From an uncultured Gemmatimonadales bacterium (GTDB lineage: Bacteria > Gemmatimonadota > Gemmatimonadetes > Gemmatimonadales > Gemmatimonadaceae): DNA of 64,000 bases. The number at the start of each line of letters is the position of its first letter. Position 1 is the stretch's first letter. The notes beneath the pieces are model-generated. The model did no database searches. It saw only the letters and a list, made by a program, of their open reading frames with translations, and was not told where the DNA came from. Below are positions 59,175 through 64,000 of the stretch, one piece after another. The stretch is taken from contig CAWKMU010000004.1 in the NCBI GenBank assembly GCA_963850905.1, positions 640,001 to 704,000 on the forward strand, given 5' to 3'. The translations under genes and the position numbers were made by a program.

Positions 59175-59996
59175 TTACTGCGCCGTATGGACCAAGGTGT
59201 ACCCGGCAGGCATCGCGAAGACGCTAGCTGGTGGGTCGCCTCGCGAGATGTTGGTAGCCCGCATGATCATGGCCATCGACATCGGCTTCCCTTGGTTCAC
59301 CTGGATCTGCGTCTGCGTCCGCATCAGGAGTGGCACCCCTGGCATTGCCTGCGTGAAAGCGGCGCTGCGCTTCGCGCCGTACGCCGAGTCACCCGTGACT
59401 TGCGCAAACGTGCTCGGGCTGAATTGGCCGGCGGCTAGGCTTGTGCCGAATTCCGGTGCGCTGTAGACGTCGTACGTGCTCTTGGAGGAGGTTGTCCCAC
59501 CAATCACAACGTTGTCGACCACTCGCCAATGTTGAACTGGGATCCCCTCGATGCTGCTGTCAGGCTGCACGCGCTGAGCCGAAACCTCCACGTTCGTGTA
59601 CTGCACGTGCCCGATCGCCTTGTGAGCGGTGGGGGCGACCACGATCCAATACCTTTTCTGGCTGGGATCCAGTAGGAGAGTCGTATCGCTTCCCTTCTTG
59701 CTCAGCGAGTACGTGCCGGGAACAAGCATTGGCGGCTTGTCACCCGTCGGGGCAGTGCGCGGGGTCGGTGACCCGTTTGGCAGGACGTCGCCTCGCAGCA
59801 AGCCAGTGCTATTCATTTGCAACTTCACCACCATCATGACACTGGGAGTGGGCTCGTCCGCCGATGTCGACGACGTCGTCATTGTCAGCGTCAGGCCCTT
59901 GCCGCTCTGCAGGCCGCGAGCGGACGACGCGGGCGCCGCCAGACCGAGGAGGAGCAGGGCCGCCGCAGGCGCCACGCGGCGCAATCGATACTTCAT
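59175..59996 (-). CDS. Secreted hypothetical protein (DUF4412-like)
   Basis: Signal peptide; LLDPSQKRYW...IEGIPVQHWRV...GVPL...PPASVFAMPAGY. Confidence 0.6.
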   Translation of the reverse strand: MKYRLRRVAPAAALLLLGLAAPASSARGLQSGKGLTLTMTTSSTSADEPTPSVMMVVKLQMNSTGLLRGDVLPNGSPTPRTAPTGDKPPMLVPGTYSLSKKGSDTTLLLDPSQKRYWIVVAPTAHKAIGHVQYTNVEVSAQRVQPDSSIEGIPVQHWRVVDNVVIGGTTSSKSTYDVYSAPEFGTSLAAGQFSPSTFAQVTGDSAYGAKRSAAFTQAMPGVPLLMRTQTQIQVNQGKPMSMAMIMRATNISRGDPPASVFAMPAGYTLVHTAQ

Positions 59997-60286
59997 TGTG
60001 TGTCTCTCCGGTTGGTTACAGGATCTGAGTCACGGTCGCCCTGAGCACCGCCGCGGCCGCGCGACGGTTGCGCGTCTCGGTTTGTCGGAGATCGCTGTGC
60101 TCGTTGCGCTCTTGGGCGGCTGAACTATACAGAAACGTACACAGCCCGTACGTAGAACGGTGGGCCGACCAGCATCGTGCCAGCGAATCGTGCAGGGATC
60201 TGGCGCCATCACTTGGTGACCACGCCTCGCGAAGGGTTGTGGTGGCCGTTGAGCCGCACGCGGTTGTGGCCCGGGTGGGGGCGGGA

Positions 60287-60895
60287 CTAAGCAACCGTCT
60301 CCGCGGGGGCCAGAATCATTACAGCGGCAAGTGCCGCATTCTTGTGATCCTTGGTCCAGGGTGGGCCGAGAGAGCGTCCCAGGCTCGAGATCGCGCGCTG
60401 CACTCGGCTCGCCGCCTTCCCGAACGCCGCCTTAGCCAGTTCATCGAGTTCTCGCTCTCGCATTGGCGTAACGGCAATGTTCAAACGTTCACACGCCTTC
60501 GTGACAGCCTGGCGGAAGGATATGCCTTCCGCCGTATGACGCAGCGGGTGCGACCCGAGAATGTGCGGAAGAGGCGGCAGAGGCCGACCTGAGGCCATGA
60601 GTACCGCAGAGCCTACGACTCGATAGTGGCGCCCGCGCAATTCCCGGAGAACTTCCCCGATAGCCGTTAAAGCCAAGCGCTCCGAGACGGCTGCACACTT
60701 CACGAGGTATTCCTCCGCCTCTGGGAATGCGAGTCTCGCTGCATGATGATAGGGCTGGTTGGCCCCGGGGATTCTCGGATCGCTGGTGACGATGCGTCTC
60801 CGGTCCACTAGCTCCACCGAGTGGGCCTCTCCCGAAATAACCACCAGCACTCCCCAGCCGGAATGCATCCGAAGACCGATTGTTGCGGGTTTCAT
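60287..60895 (-). CDS. Conserved hypothetical protein
   Basis: IGLRMHSGWGVLV...VDRRRI...QPYHHA...ILGSH...HTAEG..FR.A...GPPWTKDHK.AALAA; protein-like ORF. Confidence 0.7.
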   Translation of the reverse strand: MKPATIGLRMHSGWGVLVVISGEAHSVELVDRRRIVTSDPRIPGANQPYHHAARLAFPEAEEYLVKCAAVSERLALTAIGEVLRELRGRHYRVVGSAVLMASGRPLPPLPHILGSHPLRHTAEGISFRQAVTKACERLNIAVTPMRERELDELAKAAFGKAASRVQRAISSLGRSLGPPWTKDHKNAALAAVMILAPAETVA

Positions 60896-61262
60896 GCGTG
60901 ACCTGTGCCGGAGAGGCTACGCGCGAGTTGACAGAACTCGGGGCCGATAGGCGGTACTGTTCACTATGAAGATGTGCGATTCACAGGACAGTGGACAGCG
61001 GAACTCACAGGCTCTCCTCGACCAGCGGCCTTCTATCTATATGATGGTGACGGATGCTGGGATTCGCGATGGGCTTGGTCGCCGGCTTAAGCGACGCGTA
61101 GGCCTCTCGCGGATCCATGACAGGCGGAAGGAGGATTTGGCCACTTCAAGTCGCGCAAGGGGAGGTCAAGCACCGCGGAGGTTCAAGCATCTACGACAGT
61201 GATCGCCTATTAGTTGACGTGCTCGTTAGCGCACCCTAAACAATCAACGAAGGGAGCACTGC

Positions 61263-61698
61263 ATGGCCGCTGCTGATCGGGCCACTCTCGCGAACAGCGT
61301 CGTCGCCATTGGCGAAAATGCTGTTGCGAAGAGTAAACGCGCTGCTCGATAATTACTTCGCCGATAATTACCGTCTGCATAGCCCAGCAGGTGACTTCAA
61401 CCGCGCCGAGATCAAGGCCTACTTCTCTGCGTTGCGCAACAGCTTCACTGGCTTCACGATCAGCCGAGCGCAGATCTTCGTGGATGGCAACTTCGTCATC
61501 GCCCGCACAGTGATGGCAGGCCGCTTCGACAAGGAGTTCGCCTACAGGCCTGTCGGCACCGTCCAACCCAACGGTAAACAGGTGCGGTGGGAGCTAATCA
61601 ACATTTTCCGCTACACCGACGAGGGCCGTCTCGTCGAGGAGTGGGTGCAAACAGATACCTACGAGTTCCTCCGACAGCTGGGCGCAGTCGGGCGGTGA
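61263..61698 (+). pseudogene. SnoaL-like ester cyclase with probable frameshift near 61330
   Basis: GAAGGGAG RBS and ATG 61263 (MAAADRATLANSVVAIGENAVAK), then +1 frame NALLDNYFA...H.P...G.F...PNGKQV.W..INIFRY...GRLVEEW.Q.D. Confidence 0.7.
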
Positions 61699-61811
61699 AT
61701 CGTCAACGAGTGCCGCGCCAGACCCTCGCCCCACTCTCTCTCCGGTCGCGACCTAGCCGTCGTCACCGTCGCCAGAAAGGCGGCGCTGTTATTCGGCCTG
61801 GACAGACCCAG

Positions 61812-62261
61812 TCAGGCCGGTGGCCCGACGAGGGACGCGTCGCCCACCTCGACCGGTGACCCGGCGTACGTGATCGCGATGGGCGCCGTCTCACGGAGCG
61901 TGTTGACAACCTGACAGCCACGCCCGGCAATCGTGACCATCTTTCGGCCGAGTTCGAGATCGGGACTGTCGGCGAACACGTCGAGCGTAAATGCGACGAA
62001 CCGCTCGGGCGTGCCGTCCATCGTCCCGCTCACTTCGACCCGGACGTTGCTCATTGCCGCGCTACGGGCATCGATCGCCGCGAGCAGATGGCTCGTGAAA
62101 CAGCCGCCGAGCGCGACGAGCAGATACTCGCCGCCAGCCGGTCCGCGATCCAGTCCCCCTCTCCCGACGCTGCGGTCCACCAGGACGGAGTGCGTGCGAA
62201 CTGTAGCCTGTGACGTGATCTGCTCCACGCGCCGGAGCGTTGCCCTAAGTGTCGTGCTCAT
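61812..62261 (-). CDS. OsmC family protein
   Basis: VLVDR...GG.DRGP..GEYLL.ALGGC...GCQVVNTL (two conserved Cys). Confidence 0.85.
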   Translation of the reverse strand: MSTTLRATLRRVEQITSQATVRTHSVLVDRSVGRGGLDRGPAGGEYLLVALGGCFTSHLLAAIDARSAAMSNVRVEVSGTMDGTPERFVAFTLDVFADSPDLELGRKMVTIAGRGCQVVNTLRETAPIAITYAGSPVEVGDASLVGPPA

Positions 62262-62598
62262 CGGATTCTCCCGGTGGATAAAGAATGAGTGTATCGAGAG
62301 GTCAGCCCTCTCCGACCGCCCGTCAAGGCTAACGGCCTGATTTTCCGACCGGCACACACGCCGAACGGAGCCCTGTCAAATATGGGACACCCTCGGTAGG
62401 CAGACGGGCTGGATCCAGTCGACCTAATCAGAGTTGTTGACGGCATGCAAGGCGGCATCCCCCAGCTTCTGAAGGCGTACGTGCTACCACAAACTCGGAT
62501 GCGGGCCACTAGTTCCCTCGTGTCGCGAGGCACAGTGGTCGTCATCTGGAGCACTCCGTGGGCGGAGGAAGGTTGGAGAGACCGGCGCGCCGGTTGCG

Positions 62599-63330
62599 TT
62601 AGACCGCGACGCGGCCGCCGTCGACGGGAACGACGGCACCGTTGAGGTAGCTGGCGCGGTCGGAGGCGAGGAAGAGAATTGTCTCCGCGATCTCCTCCGG
62701 CTGCGCAGCGCGGCCGAGTGGGATGGTGGAGACGATGGCCGCGAAGCCGTCGCCCATGGCCTCGGTCCCGCGCGTCAACGTCGGTCCGGGGGAAACGGCG
62801 TTGACCCGAACGCCGTGCGGCCCGTACTCGGCCGCCCACGCCTTGGTCAGGAGCGCCGTCGCGGCCTTCGAGGCGCCATACGCCGACAGCCCGGGCATGC
62901 CGAACTCGGCGACCATCGTGGTGACATTGATGATCGCGCCGCGTCCACGTGCTGCCATCCGAGGCGCGATCGCCGCCGTCAAAAAGAACGGCGCTTTAAC
63001 GTTCACCGCGAACGTCTCGTCGAACGCGGACTCTGGCAACTCGTGCGTGGGGCCGGCGGGGAAGACGCCCGCGTTGTTGACGAGGATGTCGACCTCGGAC
63101 ACACGCGCGGCGAGCGCCCGCACGTCCTCGGGCGAGGAGAGATCGGCGCGGATGAATTCCGCCTCGCCACCCTCGGCCGTGATCGAGTCGACCACCTCGG
63201 CCCCGCGCTCCGCACTGCGGCCGCTGATCAGCACGTGTGCACCCTCACGGGCCAGCGCCGCCGCCGTCGCTCGCCCGATCCCAGACGTTCCGCCCGTGAC
63301 GAGCGCTGTCTTACCTGTCAGTTCGCCCAT
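62599..63330 (-). CDS. SDR oxidoreductase
   Basis: TGGTSGIG, NNAG, YGASK, NAVSPGP, VDGG. Confidence 0.93.
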   Translation of the reverse strand: MGELTGKTALVTGGTSGIGRATAAALAREGAHVLISGRSAERGAEVVDSITAEGGEAEFIRADLSSPEDVRALAARVSEVDILVNNAGVFPAGPTHELPESAFDETFAVNVKAPFFLTAAIAPRMAARGRGAIINVTTMVAEFGMPGLSAYGASKAATALLTKAWAAEYGPHGVRVNAVSPGPTLTRGTEAMGDGFAAIVSTIPLGRAAQPEEIAETILFLASDRASYLNGAVVPVDGGRVAV

Positions 63331-63353
63331 GGTGATTCTCCGCTGATCATGAT

Positions 63354-63404
63354 TGGACTGTGTAGTCCAGAATACGGTGTGACCACTGGACTGTCAAGTC
63401 CAGT
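63354..63404. promoter_or_regulatory. Two TetR-type operators overlapping the SDR promoter
   Basis: TGGACT-N4-AGTCCA (63354-63369) and ACTGGACT-N4-AGTCCAGT (63385-63404); minus strand TTGACA-N17-TATTCT (63397-63369). Confidence 0.85.
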
Positions 63405-63421
63405 CGCGCTACTTTGTGCTC

Positions 63422-64000
63422 ATGCGCGACACCAAGGCGCCGGCGACCGACAGGGGACGGGCGACCCGGGAGAGGATCCTGCAAGCCGCGGCCGAGCTGG
63501 TGGCAGCGAAGGGCGCCGCCGCCATGAGCCTTGACGATGTCTGCGCGCGCGCGGGCGCCAGCCGCAGCCAGCTGTACCACTACTTCGAGGATCGCGACGA
63601 TCTCGTGCGGACCGTCATCGACGCCACGACCAACATGGTCATCGACATCCAGGGCGACCTGCTCAGCGACCTCGACTCCTGGACCGGAATCGGCCGGTGG
63701 TTCGACGCCCTCGTCGAGCTGCAGGTCCACCGCCAAGCCCGCGGCGGCTGCCCGATCGGCTCGCTCGTCGGCCAGCTCGCGGAACGGGACCCCGGCGCCC
63801 GGGCGGCAATCGCCGCCGGCCTTGATCGCTGGGAGGCCCATCTCCGGGATGGGCTTGTCCGGATGAAAGCGCTCGGGAAGCTACGTCACGACGCCGATCC
63901 GTCAGCGCTCGCCACGGCGACGATGGCCAGCATCCAGGGCGGCCTGCTGCTCACCCAGGTGCGCCGCGACGCGGGCCAGCTCCGCATCGCTCTCGACGCA
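63422..64000 (+). CDS. TetR/AcrR family regulator (3' end runs off the window)
   Basis: RGRATRERILQAAAEL...G...SLDDV...AGASRSQLYHYF.DRDDL...GGCPIGSL. Confidence 0.92.
   Translation, partial: MRDTKAPATDRGRATRERILQAAAELVAAKGAAAMSLDDVCARAGASRSQLYHYFEDRDDLVRTVIDATTNMVIDIQGDLLSDLDSWTGIGRWFDALVELQVHRQARGGCPIGSLVGQLAERDPGARAAIAAGLDRWEAHLRDGLVRMKALGKLRHDADPSALATATMASIQGGLLLTQVRRDAGQLRIALDA

Noticed and set aside
60166..60184. Sigma54 promoter candidate on the minus strand (CTGGCACGATGCTGGT)
   Set aside because: The -12 element is TGGT, not TTGC
60900..61260. Possible ncRNA or small ORF in a long intergenic region
   Set aside because: No recognisable riboswitch or tRNA structure and no convincing ORF; an Rfam search would be needed
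62300..62590. Possible attC-like site (GGCTAAC) and integron-like cassette organisation
   Set aside because: No matching GTTRRRY partner with proper symmetry, no integron integrase, and mixed gene orientations

Overview
GC-rich bacterial chromosomal window, most likely Gemmatimonadota or a similar Gram-negative soil lineage (inferred from the GroES sequence style, the LVIVD/DUF305 pair and the ferritin-like pair). It starts with a CIRCE-controlled groES-groEL operon and continues as a mosaic of about 55 accessory genes. These include a PAS histidine kinase with a REC-MEDS regulator, a Ku-less trio of DNA-repair genes (primase-polymerase, LigC, LigD-type ligase), an oxalate operon (oxlT, panE-like, CoA ligase) coupled to a fold-III PLP enzyme, an ECF42/YciI pair, and several peptidases. 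Two candidate systems stand out. (1) A GH172 + DUF6786-like + FucP + fucose-isomerase-family + ribulokinase + GH116 + CobW-like locus that looks like a complete D-arabinan/D-arabinose catabolic module. (2) An orphan trio of a tail-fibre-like protein with an intramolecular-chaperone-like C-terminus, a signal-less Thr/Ser-rich protein with an (ES)n tail, and an amidohydrolase. The trio ends at a junction built from short copies of sequence found 8-10 kb upstream. Intergenic DNA holds gene scars, two dispersed repeat families and an inverted heptamer array, and three genes carry single-base frameshifts. No rRNA, tRNA, CRISPR array, transposase or integrase was recognised. All family calls come from motif recognition by eye, not from database searches.
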